NCBI GenBank assembly: GCA_036392095.1 | Contig: DASVYQ010000070.1 | Coordinates: 1 to 53,196, forward strand | From: Patescibacteria group bacterium | GTDB lineage: Bacteria > Patescibacteriota > Microgenomatia > Levybacterales > UBA12049 | Length of the DNA stretch: 53,196 nt | Reading direction: 5' to 3' | Shown here: piece after piece, positions 25,846 to 34,330 of the stretch | How positions within the stretch are numbered: position 1 is the first letter of the stretch | Layout of the letters: each line of letters begins with the position of its first letter | Program-made: the position numbers and the translations under genes | Notes under the pieces: generated by a model | What the model was told of the DNA's origin: nothing | Database searches by the model: none | What the model saw: the letters and a program-made list of their open reading frames with translations, nothing else

Positions 25846-26152
25846 TATTTTCCTCCTTGGTATGCATTTTCTTTTTCTTTTTAAAGAGTGAGGCAAGTGT
25901 AATACCTGTTTTTACTCCAGTTAAAACAGTTGAAATTGAGGCAATTGGCGTTGATACGCTTTCTGAGATAACGCCTGCATCATCTAGTACTTTATTTACT
26001 TTGGAAACGGTATTTTTAAATTCCTTTAAGATAAAAAATACTTGAACTCCTAAAACAACAAGAAGAATTGTGAGAATAATAACTACTAAAAATAGGAGAA
26101 TTTGGGCAGTATCCATATGTTCATCATAGCCAGAATGCTCTTTCTCTGTCAA
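25832..26152 (-). CDS. Small membrane protein (DUF948-like)
   Basis: ORF-track frame with a TTG start; an alternative ATG lies at 26116 (MDTAQILLFLVVIILTILLVVLGVQVFFILKEF...). Pairing with a YtxH gene resembles the pairing seen in Firmicutes. Confidence 0.5.
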   Translation of the reverse strand: MTEKEHSGYDEHMDTAQILLFLVVIILTILLVVLGVQVFFILKEFKNTVSKVNKVLDDAGVISESVSTPIASISTVLTGVKTGITLASLFKKKKKMHTKEENNGQE

Positions 26153-26162
26153 GGAGATGAAT

Positions 26163-26801
26163 TTATTGATTTTTAAGAATTATGTGGCGAACAACTATAG
26201 AAATTTTCCCAAAATTATTCACTGTTTTTACCGTAATTGAATTCGCACCTGCAAAAACTGTTATGTCTTTTTTAAAATTCCCATCTTTATCTGTAAATGC
26301 AGGTAAATCATTAATTGTTACTGTATCATTTGGATCTGTTTTTCCTGTTACGGTAATAATTTGAGATGTTACAACAGCATTTTCTTGCGGAGCTGTAATT
26401 GTAAGTGATGGATTTATAAAGGCAGATCTATATTGAAAAATAACATAAAAAAGTATAAAAACTAACCCCAAAATAATGAATAAAGGCGTCCATCCAAATC
26501 TAAATCCTGCAAGAGCACTATGTTCTGGTTTGGTAAAGCTTTTTGGGAGTACGCCTAAATATTCTCTTTCATCAAATTCTCTTTTAAAAATTGCGACTGT
26601 TTCTCTCACTGGGAGCTCCAAAAATTCAGCATAATTTCTAATAAATCCTTGGATATATGCACTCGATGGAAGTGATTTGTAATCCCCTTTTTCTATAGCT
26701 TGTAAAAATTGCAGTCTAATTTTTGTTGCTTTTGCAACTTCTTCTAATGTTAAGCCTTTTCTGGTTCTTTCTTTTTGTAATCGTTCTCCAACTCGTAGCA
26801 T
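26163..26801 (-). CDS. RodZ-like HTH (XRE-type) membrane protein
   Basis: 212 aa. N-terminal HTH (GERLQKERTRKGLTLEEVAKATKIRLQFLQAIEKGDY), a central TM, and a beta-rich C-terminal domain. Confidence 0.7.
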   Translation of the reverse strand: MLRVGERLQKERTRKGLTLEEVAKATKIRLQFLQAIEKGDYKSLPSSAYIQGFIRNYAEFLELPVRETVAIFKREFDEREYLGVLPKSFTKPEHSALAGFRFGWTPLFIILGLVFILFYVIFQYRSAFINPSLTITAPQENAVVTSQIITVTGKTDPNDTVTINDLPAFTDKDGNFKKDITVFAGANSITVKTVNNFGKISIVVRHIILKNQ

Positions 26802-26818
26802 ATTTTGCAGAAAAAGTA

Positions 26819-28939
26819 TTATCCTTCTTGAAGTCTGGCTATTACTTCTTCTGCATTCCTTAAGAGAACGTCTCGAGGTTTACTTCCCTCAGATGGTCCA
26901 ACAACCCCTAATTCTTGTAATTGATCCAGAATCCTTGCTGCTCTTGAGTAACCAAGAGATAATTTTCTCTGCAAAAGTGAAGCAGATGCTCTATCAAATT
27001 GGCAAACAATTCTAATTGCCTCTTCAACTAATGCATCATCCCCTGATTTTGCAGAAGCAGTTGCACCAGATCCTTTTTTAATCAAGACAGGCTGTTGGGT
27101 AACTTCTTCTGTATAATTAACCACTGGATTTTTTTGTTTAAGATAGGTTACTAATTTTTGTACTTCTTTTTCAGAAACAAATGCGCCTTGAATTCTACTT
27201 GGTTTTGCCTGATCTGGTGGGACATACAACATATCTCCACGACCTAACAATTTTTCAGCCCCTGGCGTATCTAAAATAACTCTGGAATCCATTAAAGATG
27301 CAACGTTAAATGCAATTCTGGCCGGAATATTTGCCTTAATAAGGCCGGTAATAACATCAACTGAAGGACGCTGTGTTGCCACAACTAAATGAATTCCCGT
27401 AGCACGAGCCATTTGAGCAAGTCTAGCAATTGCATCTTCAACTTCAACAGGCGCATATGCCATTAAATCCGCCAATTCGTCAATAAAAATGACTATATAA
27501 GGAAATGCTTGAAACCCAGATAGTTCATTGTAAGACTCAAGATTTCTTACTCCCGCTTCTGCAAAAGTTTTATATCTTCTATCCATTTCTCCCATTGCCC
27601 ATTTAAGTGCTGATAAAATTTTGTCTGGCTCTACAATAACTGGAGTAAGTAAATGAGGAATTCCATTATATGTTGTCAACTCAACCCGTTTTGGATCAAT
27701 CATAATAAACTTTACTTCAGAGGGAGAAGCTCTAAAAAGAATTGACGTAATAAAAGAATTAATACAAACAGATTTTCCAGAACCAGTTGTACCTGCTATT
27801 AAAACGTGAGGCATTTTTGCAATATCAGCAACAACTGGATTTCCAGAAACATCCAATCCCATGGAGACGGTAAGCTTTGATTTACTTTTTTGCATGGTGT
27901 TGGATGAAAGCATGGTCCTTAAAGTAACTACCTCTAATGATCTATTTGGAATTTCTATACCAATCAAACTTCTGCCAGGAATAGGTGCTTCTATACGGAT
28001 TTGTCCAGTTGGTGCCTCAGTTGCTAATGCCAAATCATTTGCCAAAGAAGTTATTTTAGATACTTTTGTTCCGAGAGCAATCTCTAAAGCATATTGCGTA
28101 ACAGCAGGACCCAAATTAACTTCAGCAACTCTTGTATCAATACCGAAACTTTGCAATGTTTTTTCAATAACAGCAGCTGTTTTTTTAATATCTCCTCTAT
28201 CTGCTTTATGTCCTGGCCCCTCAGCTAAAAGAGATAATGGGGGATATTCCCAAATACCCTCTTTTCCAGACAACACATTCGTTACCAATTTGTCAGAAAT
28301 ATTCATTGCAGGTTGTACATCTTTTTTATTAACAACTGGTTCTTTAGGAGTATTCGCTGGTGTTGTTGCAAAAGCAGGAATTTCTCCTTTGGTCTTTTGT
28401 TTAATTGCCGTATCTTTATTGTCTTTTACGACCATTTTTTTAGATTTAAACACTCCCCAAAAAGCATGTGGAATAAGTTTATTCAAGTTTTCCAAAACCG
28501 TAATAAATCCGGCAAATAATTCATCAAGCGATGTATCAAAGAAAACAACAAGTCCAATAAACATACCGGCAATATATACTAAATCAGAACCTGCAGTGCC
28601 TAAAATTTCCGAAAGAATTTGATACAGAGTTTGACCAAATACTCCTGTTTTTAACAAACCTAATAAAGAAATAAATGTAAGGATATATCCGATAGTTACA
28701 TGAGGCCTAGAAATAATAAATTTTAATCGTAAAAATAAAAAACCAAGAAGCACTGTTCCAACTGGCGCCATAATTGCCAAGGATCCAAATTTTTCTTTCA
28801 GTACAGAATATACGGCAATTAATGCATCTCCTTGTTGAGTAAAGGCAAGTCCTTGAAGAATTCCAGCAACAATAAGACCAAGTGCAAAAATGCTGTAAAT
28901 AGTCTCTTTTTTAAGTTTTAGTTTTTTTCTTCGAGCCAT
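26819..28939 (-). CDS. ftsK: DNA translocase FtsK/SpoIIIE
   Basis: 706 aa. N-terminal TM helices, Walker A GTTGSGKS, Walker B FIDELADLM, and a gamma-domain wHTH at the C-terminus. Confidence 0.95.
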   Translation of the reverse strand: MARRKKLKLKKETIYSIFALGLIVAGILQGLAFTQQGDALIAVYSVLKEKFGSLAIMAPVGTVLLGFLFLRLKFIISRPHVTIGYILTFISLLGLLKTGVFGQTLYQILSEILGTAGSDLVYIAGMFIGLVVFFDTSLDELFAGFITVLENLNKLIPHAFWGVFKSKKMVVKDNKDTAIKQKTKGEIPAFATTPANTPKEPVVNKKDVQPAMNISDKLVTNVLSGKEGIWEYPPLSLLAEGPGHKADRGDIKKTAAVIEKTLQSFGIDTRVAEVNLGPAVTQYALEIALGTKVSKITSLANDLALATEAPTGQIRIEAPIPGRSLIGIEIPNRSLEVVTLRTMLSSNTMQKSKSKLTVSMGLDVSGNPVVADIAKMPHVLIAGTTGSGKSVCINSFITSILFRASPSEVKFIMIDPKRVELTTYNGIPHLLTPVIVEPDKILSALKWAMGEMDRRYKTFAEAGVRNLESYNELSGFQAFPYIVIFIDELADLMAYAPVEVEDAIARLAQMARATGIHLVVATQRPSVDVITGLIKANIPARIAFNVASLMDSRVILDTPGAEKLLGRGDMLYVPPDQAKPSRIQGAFVSEKEVQKLVTYLKQKNPVVNYTEEVTQQPVLIKKGSGATASAKSGDDALVEEAIRIVCQFDRASASLLQRKLSLGYSRAARILDQLQELGVVGPSEGSKPRDVLLRNAEEVIARLQEG

Positions 28940-28959
28940 AGGCAGGTTGTGATTAATTT

Positions 28960-28988
28960 ATTATATCGTTGTACCACTAGCTTGTCTA
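28960..28988 (-). promoter_or_regulatory. Putative ftsK promoter (TAGACA-N17-TATAAT)
   Basis: Minus strand: TAGACA (28988..28983) and TATAAT (28965..28960), 20 nt before the ATG. Confidence 0.35.
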
Positions 28989-28999
28989 GAATCGGAGAT

Positions 29000-30661
29000 T
29001 TAAATTTCTATTACGACTGGTAATACAAGTGGGCGTCTGCTAAATTCTTGAAAAATTGCTTTTTCTGCAACTTCTCTCACCTGTTTTCTTAAATAATTCC
29101 AATCAGAAATTTGTGTTTTTTGTGGGAAAGCTTTTTTTAGCGCCTCTCCAACAATCTTGGCTATTTCTTGTGAATCCTTTGTTGGCAATCCTCGTGAAAC
29201 AATTTCAGGCATTCCAGTTAGTATTCCTGTTTCTGTTTCTATTTCTGCAATAATTGCAACAATTCCTTCTTGGGAAATTCTTTGTCTGTCATGCAAAACA
29301 AAATGTTCCATTTGTTCTCCACTGATTTCATCTACATAAATATGCCTTAATGGAATTTTTTGTCCGTATTGCACACGGTCTTTGTAAAAAATAATTTCTT
29401 GTCCGCTTTGCGCTAAAACAACATCTTTCTCAGTAAATCCTGCTTGTTTTGCCAATTCTCTATATGCCACCATATGTCTGTACCCTCCACTAATTGGCAA
29501 TACTTGTCGTGGTTTGAGAAGTGACATTAACAGCATTAATTCCAAGGATGATCCGTGACCCGATACATGAAAATTACCACCAATATCTGAATACAACACT
29601 TTTATACCAAGTTTTGAGACGGCATCAATAACAGAATAAACAGAAACCTCATTTCCTGGAATTGGATCTGCAGAAAAAATAATAACATCTTGCTTATGTA
29701 ATTGAATATCTCTATGTTCTCCGTTAACAATTCTTGTAAGTGCTGAATTTTCTTGTCCCTGACTTCCTGCAACAAAAAGAACTAACTCATTATCTTTGTA
29801 TCGTTTTACTTGGTCTGGCTGAACTTCTCGAGATTTATTGTATGTTAAAAGTCCTTTTTGACGAGCTAATTCTTTTGTTTTAATAATGGATCTTCCAACA
29901 AAACAAATCCGCTTATTCATTGATTCGGCAATAGAAATTATTTGTTGTAGTCTTGAGATATTTGATGAATAAGTTGTTATAACACATTTTCCTTGGCAAT
30001 CCCGAATTGCCTGAATAAATGGTTCTTGTAATGTTTTTTCAGAAGGAGTATACCCTGGCCTTTCACTACCCAAACATTCAGAGAGTAAACATCTAATTCC
30101 CGTGACCCCTGCTTTTGCAATTGCCTGAAAATCTGTTTTTTTCCCACTAAAAGGAGTCAAATCAAACTTAAAATCACTTCCGTGATAAAAATTTCCAACA
30201 GGAGTTTTAATAACAATATGAGATGTATCTGGAATTGAGTGGGTTACATGAATTAGCGAGATAGTAAAACTGCCAATTTGGACATCATGGTTAAAAGAAA
30301 TTTCTCTGACTGCTGGACGAAGTCCAAAATCTTCTAATTTTTGATTTGCCATTGCAGCAGTAAAACTAGAGCCATAAATTGGAAATTCAGGAAGCTGTGG
30401 CAGTACAAAAGGTAATGCTCCCATATGATCTTCATGTCCATGAGAGATAACCATTCCAACAATTCTTTTTTTGTTTTGGGTAACTGCTTTTTGCAAATAG
30501 GCAATATCTGGAAGCAATAAATCAACACCAATCATGGTTTCATCGGCAAAACCTAATCCGCAATCAACAAGCAAAATTTCATCGCCTAATTGATATACAT
30601 GAAGATTTTTTGTGACCTCACCAATGCCTCCGAGAGAAATATAAGAAAGTGCTTTATCCAT
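29000..30661 (-). CDS. rnj: Ribonuclease J
   Basis: 553 aa. Metallo-beta-lactamase motif ISHGHEDHMG, beta-CASP region, and C-terminal domain. Confidence 0.9.
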   Translation of the reverse strand: MDKALSYISLGGIGEVTKNLHVYQLGDEILLVDCGLGFADETMIGVDLLLPDIAYLQKAVTQNKKRIVGMVISHGHEDHMGALPFVLPQLPEFPIYGSSFTAAMANQKLEDFGLRPAVREISFNHDVQIGSFTISLIHVTHSIPDTSHIVIKTPVGNFYHGSDFKFDLTPFSGKKTDFQAIAKAGVTGIRCLLSECLGSERPGYTPSEKTLQEPFIQAIRDCQGKCVITTYSSNISRLQQIISIAESMNKRICFVGRSIIKTKELARQKGLLTYNKSREVQPDQVKRYKDNELVLFVAGSQGQENSALTRIVNGEHRDIQLHKQDVIIFSADPIPGNEVSVYSVIDAVSKLGIKVLYSDIGGNFHVSGHGSSLELMLLMSLLKPRQVLPISGGYRHMVAYRELAKQAGFTEKDVVLAQSGQEIIFYKDRVQYGQKIPLRHIYVDEISGEQMEHFVLHDRQRISQEGIVAIIAEIETETGILTGMPEIVSRGLPTKDSQEIAKIVGEALKKAFPQKTQISDWNYLRKQVREVAEKAIFQEFSRRPLVLPVVIEI

Positions 30662-30669
30662 GCGTGTAT

Positions 30670-30698
30670 ATTATGAGCTTTTTTATAGGATTAATCAA
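30670..30698 (-). promoter_or_regulatory. Putative rnj promoter (TTGATT-N17-CATAAT), near-leaderless
   Basis: Minus strand: TTGATT (30698..30693) and CATAAT (30675..30670), 8 nt (ATACACGC) before the ATG. It shares ATAATATACAC with the rpsO promoter. Confidence 0.4.
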
Positions 30699-30717
30699 TC
30701 AAGAAACTTTATGCTTT

Positions 30718-32988
30718 TTAGAAGCGCTTTTTAAAGTCTTTTCGTTGTTCGTTTCTTTCTCTTTGAAATTGTCTTGCTAATGGGTGCTGTGGTCTGACTA
30801 CTGCTCCTCCTATTGGGCTATGTGGTCGTTGTGGGCGGTCACTTCTTTCTCCTCTTGGTGCAACAGGCTTTTTTGCATCTTCACCAAACAACATAGATAG
30901 ATTAACTCTTCCTTGTTGGTCAACTTCTAATACCCTAACCTTTACTTTATCTCCAATATGAACAATTTCATTTGGATCTTTTACATATTGTGCAGACATT
31001 TGAGAAACATGAACCATTCCTTCTTTACCTGGTAAGAATTCTACAAATGCTCCAAATGGCAAAATTCTTTTAACTTCTGCATTTTCAAATTCTTCACCTG
31101 CTTGCATTACTCTGGTTAATCCATTAATCCAATCTGTTGCTGCTTGTACTTCTTCTTCTGAAACTCCAGAAATACTTACTGTTCCATCATCATCTACATC
31201 TACTTGTGCTCCTGTTGTTGCAATAATATTTTTAATTATGCGTCCCCCGGGACCAATAACTTCTCCAATTTTTTCAACTGGAATCTTGAGTACATTAATC
31301 TTTGGAGCATATGCAGAAACTTGATTTCTTGATACTGGCATGACTGCTTGCATTTTATCTAAGATAAACATTCTTCCTATTCTTGCTCTTTCAAAGGTTT
31401 CATTAATTTGATCAAAAGTAAGACCTAATGTCTTAACATCTAATTGGATTGCAGTAACGCCTGTGTCTGTACCTGTTACTTTAAAGTCCATATCTCCAGA
31501 GAAATCTTCTAATCCTAAAATATCGGTTAAAATAACGTACTCTTTGTCGTTAGACATCATTCCCATTGCAACTCCTGCAACTGGTTTTGTTATTGGTACT
31601 CCTGCATCCATTAATGCAAGGGAAGATCCGCAAGTAGATGCCATAGATGTTGATCCGTTAGAAGATAATACTTCTGATACAACTCTAATTGTGTATGGGA
31701 AAACACTTGCTGGTGGAATAACTGCTTCTAAAGCTCTTTCTGCTAATGCTCCATGACCGATTTCTCGACGGGACAAAAATCCAATTCTTCCAGTTTCACC
31801 AACAGAATATGGAGGGAATGAATAATGATGAATATATCTCTTTTTTTCTTCTCCTTCTGCCGATTCAATTAATTGTTCAAGTCTTGCTGCACCTAATGTT
31901 GCAATTGATAATACTTGTGTATCTCCTCGTTGGAAAATTGCAGAACCGTGTGTCCTTGGCAAAACACCAACTTCAACAGAAATTGGTCTAATTTCATCAA
32001 TCTTTCTTTTGTCTGGTCTTTCACCTTTTTTAACAATGTTTTCTCTGATTATTCCAAAAAATACTTTTTCTACTGCTTTTGCGATTAATTTTTTATCAGG
32101 CTGCTCTGAACCTTCTGCTTGAAAATCTGCATAAATTTTTTCAATAATTGCATCTTGTTCTGCAGAGGAGCCACCTTCATTTGATGCTCTCAATGCTACT
32201 AAGTTTGAAATTTCTTTTTTGTATGTTTTTTCAATTTTTGCAACGTATTCTAAAAGGGTTGTCTGTGGTTTTACGTCTGTTTTTTTGCCTGCTTCAGCTT
32301 TTACTACAAAATCTTCAATAAATGCAATTATTTCTTTGTTGTGATCATGTGCTTTTTTAATTGCTTCCAAAACTATATTTTCTGGAACTTGTCGTGCCCC
32401 AGCTTCTAACATAAGAGTTTTTTCTTTTGTTTGTGTTGCAACAACATCTAACTCTGAAAGAGCTAATTCTGCTCCACCTGGATTAACTAAGAATTCTCCA
32501 TTACTTTCTCCTTCTGGTTGTACATATCCCATTCTTATAGAACCTACTGGTCCTTTCCATGGAATTGGAGATAAAGCTAATGCTGCAGAAACGGTAATTA
32601 TTGAAAGAATATCTGGTTCATTTTCTCCGTCAACTGACAAAACTGTTACAACAACTTGCACATCATTTTTATATTCTTTTGGGAAAAGAGGTCTAATTGA
32701 ACGATCAATAAGTCTTCCTGTTAATACTGCATCATCAGATGGTCTTCCTTCTCGTTTTACCCATCTACTACCTTTAATTCTTCCTCCTGCATACAATCTT
32801 TCAACGTATTCAACAGAAAGTGGGAAATAATCTAAGGTTGATTCTTTTTTAGAAGTAACAACAGTTGCCAAAACCATAGTATCGCCAATACGGCCTAATA
32901 CTGCGGCTGTTGCCTGTTTTGCTAATTTTCCGGTCTCAAGGGTAAGCTTTTTACCGGCTAAATCCATCGTAACTGAGGTAAATTTCAT
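30718..32988 (-). CDS. pnp: Polyribonucleotide nucleotidyltransferase (PNPase)
   Basis: 756 aa. Two RNase PH domains, then KH and S1, plus a basic C-terminal tail. Confidence 0.95.
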   Translation of the reverse strand: MKFTSVTMDLAGKKLTLETGKLAKQATAAVLGRIGDTMVLATVVTSKKESTLDYFPLSVEYVERLYAGGRIKGSRWVKREGRPSDDAVLTGRLIDRSIRPLFPKEYKNDVQVVVTVLSVDGENEPDILSIITVSAALALSPIPWKGPVGSIRMGYVQPEGESNGEFLVNPGGAELALSELDVVATQTKEKTLMLEAGARQVPENIVLEAIKKAHDHNKEIIAFIEDFVVKAEAGKKTDVKPQTTLLEYVAKIEKTYKKEISNLVALRASNEGGSSAEQDAIIEKIYADFQAEGSEQPDKKLIAKAVEKVFFGIIRENIVKKGERPDKRKIDEIRPISVEVGVLPRTHGSAIFQRGDTQVLSIATLGAARLEQLIESAEGEEKKRYIHHYSFPPYSVGETGRIGFLSRREIGHGALAERALEAVIPPASVFPYTIRVVSEVLSSNGSTSMASTCGSSLALMDAGVPITKPVAGVAMGMMSNDKEYVILTDILGLEDFSGDMDFKVTGTDTGVTAIQLDVKTLGLTFDQINETFERARIGRMFILDKMQAVMPVSRNQVSAYAPKINVLKIPVEKIGEVIGPGGRIIKNIIATTGAQVDVDDDGTVSISGVSEEEVQAATDWINGLTRVMQAGEEFENAEVKRILPFGAFVEFLPGKEGMVHVSQMSAQYVKDPNEIVHIGDKVKVRVLEVDQQGRVNLSMLFGEDAKKPVAPRGERSDRPQRPHSPIGGAVVRPQHPLARQFQRERNEQRKDFKKRF

Positions 32989-32992
32989 TATA

Positions 32993-33262
32993 TTAATTTG
33001 TTAATCCAATCTTATTTGCAATCTCTGTGGCCCGTTTCTTATCTGTCTTCTGGAGGAAGTAGATAAGTCGTCGTCTCTTTGCAATCATTGATAAAAGTCC
33101 TCTTCTACTGTGAACATCATGTGGATGACCCTTTAAATGATCTGTTAATGCGTTAATTCTAAAAGTCAAAAGTGCGATTTGCACTTCAGGACTTCCAGTA
33201 TCGCCTTTTACTGTTGCGTACTCATCAATAATTTGCTTTTTCTGCGTAGCTGATAGCGGCAT
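32993..33262 (-). CDS. rpsO: 30S ribosomal protein S15
   Basis: 89 aa. [30 protein letters not shown]. Confidence 0.95.
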   Translation of the reverse strand: MPLSATQKKQIIDEYATVKGDTGSPEVQIALLTFRINALTDHLKGHPHDVHSRRGLLSMIAKRRRLIYFLQKTDKKRATEIANKIGLTN

Positions 33263-33271
33263 AATGTGTAT

Positions 33272-33300
33272 ATTATAGCAGTTTCACGGTCTATTCGCAA
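33272..33300 (-). promoter_or_regulatory. Putative rpsO promoter (TTGCGA-N17-TATAAT), near-leaderless
   Basis: Minus strand: TTGCGA (33300..33295), a 17-nt spacer, TATAAT (33277..33272), and 9 nt to the ATG. Confidence 0.45.
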
Positions 33301-33310
33301 CGGTGTAAGT

Positions 33311-34327
33311 TTATAGGATTGTTGATCCTTTATATACCTTTGGAGTTAACCAATCAGGTGGAGGTGTTTGTTTAGCACTGTTTTGTTGTGTTTCTTGCAC
33401 TGGTTGTTGTGGCTGTTGTACCGGCTGTTGAGCTGGTTGTACTGGTTGACTAACAGGTTGTGGTTGCCATACTGGTTGCATTGGCTGTGGTTGAGACACA
33501 GGTTGCTGCATAGGCTGCTGTGGAATTTGTGGGAAAAACCCACTTGTTGCTGGATTTACACCTTGAGAAGTTGAATCATTGCTCACTTGTTTTGCCCTTT
33601 GTCGTGTTGCACCTTTTTTCATTAAAATTCCTGCAACTTCAAATGCTAAATAAGAAGTTCTTGGACTGGTAAAATCGGCTGTAGCAAAATCAATTCCATC
33701 TAATAAATTTTGTGCAGTATCTGCGTCTAATTCAATTTGTGGCTCTAAAAGAGTTACAAAATCTGCAACTTGTTCACTTACAGAAGACCATTTTGTATCA
33801 ACAACAACTACATTCCCAAATTTTTCGTTGTCTGCTTTGTTGTCGATATTAACAATGTCTGCTTGTGTTCCCTGCATATAGATACTAGAAACATCATTTA
33901 AGTGAGCTACACCAACAAAGAATAAGAGAGTTGGCATTTTTCCAGATCTCTTAAATTCCACATCTTGCTGACTAAAAGAAAGTCCTTTTTCTCCAGCTTT
34001 AACTTGAATGTTTAAGAAACCGTTTTCTAGAGTATAAGAAACCTTCTCAATTTCTCCTTCTTTATAAGGGAATGCAACAGTTAAATCTCCGCCAATTCCG
34101 CCTCCGAGACTACTTTGTACTTTATCTATTCCTACCAAGGATGAAAGGCTAACTGTTGGTTGGGTTGGCGTTGCAATTGCTACTTGTTTACCCATAAGCT
34201 TGAGGCTAAGAAACATACCTAAACCTGCTGCCATTTCGTCAAGAGATGGGTTTGGACCTACAATAACACCAATTTCTTGATGCTTGAGGACGAGGTCTTT
34301 AATTCGCTGGAATGTGGCATTATCCAT
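33311..34327 (-). CDS. DHH-family (NrnA-like) domain protein with degenerate catalytic motifs and a Q/P-rich tail
   Basis: 338 aa. DHH-fold-like layout, but motif I reads GPNPSLDEMAAG (instead of H..PDGD..GS) and the DHH position reads DNK. No DHHA1/GGGH domain. The C-terminus is a QP(V/M)-repeat. Confidence 0.55.
   Translation of the reverse strand: MDNATFQRIKDLVLKHQEIGVIVGPNPSLDEMAAGLGMFLSLKLMGKQVAIATPTQPTVSLSSLVGIDKVQSSLGGGIGGDLTVAFPYKEGEIEKVSYTLENGFLNIQVKAGEKGLSFSQQDVEFKRSGKMPTLLFFVGVAHLNDVSSIYMQGTQADIVNIDNKADNEKFGNVVVVDTKWSSVSEQVADFVTLLEPQIELDADTAQNLLDGIDFATADFTSPRTSYLAFEVAGILMKKGATRQRAKQVSNDSTSQGVNPATSGFFPQIPQQPMQQPVSQPQPMQPVWQPQPVSQPVQPAQQPVQQPQQPVQETQQNSAKQTPPPDWLTPKVYKGSTIL
33395..33532 (-). 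repeat. Low-complexity coding repeat (Q-P-V/M units; degenerate CTGGTTG-type DNA periodicity)
   Basis: Encodes PQIPQQPMQQPVSQPQPMQPVWQPQPVSQPVQPAQQPVQQPQQPVQ. The same stretch generates spurious ORFs in other frames. Confidence 0.8.
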
Positions 34328-34330
34328 AGA

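Noticed and set aside
27861-28622. Long (253-aa) ORF antisense to ftsK. Similar antisense or alternative-frame ORFs occur inside rpoC (13472-13957, 10943-11326), rpoB (14694-15164, 15477-15938), the Clp-like gene (38524-38976), infB (34968-35342) and elsewhere.
   Set aside because: All lie fully inside strongly supported conserved genes. They have low-complexity Ser/Leu/Phe-rich translations with no motifs, and are the expected shadow ORFs of AT-rich or GCN-rich coding sequence.
33346-33574. Two extra ORFs (33346-33543 minus strand, 33368-33574 plus strand) over the Q/P-repeat region, and the possibility that the periodic CTGGTTG-like DNA is a non-coding tandem or CRISPR-like repeat.
   Set aside because: The periodicity is codon-level (Gln-Pro-Val units) within the in-frame C-terminus of the DHH-like gene. 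There are no unique spacers and no exact repeat units.
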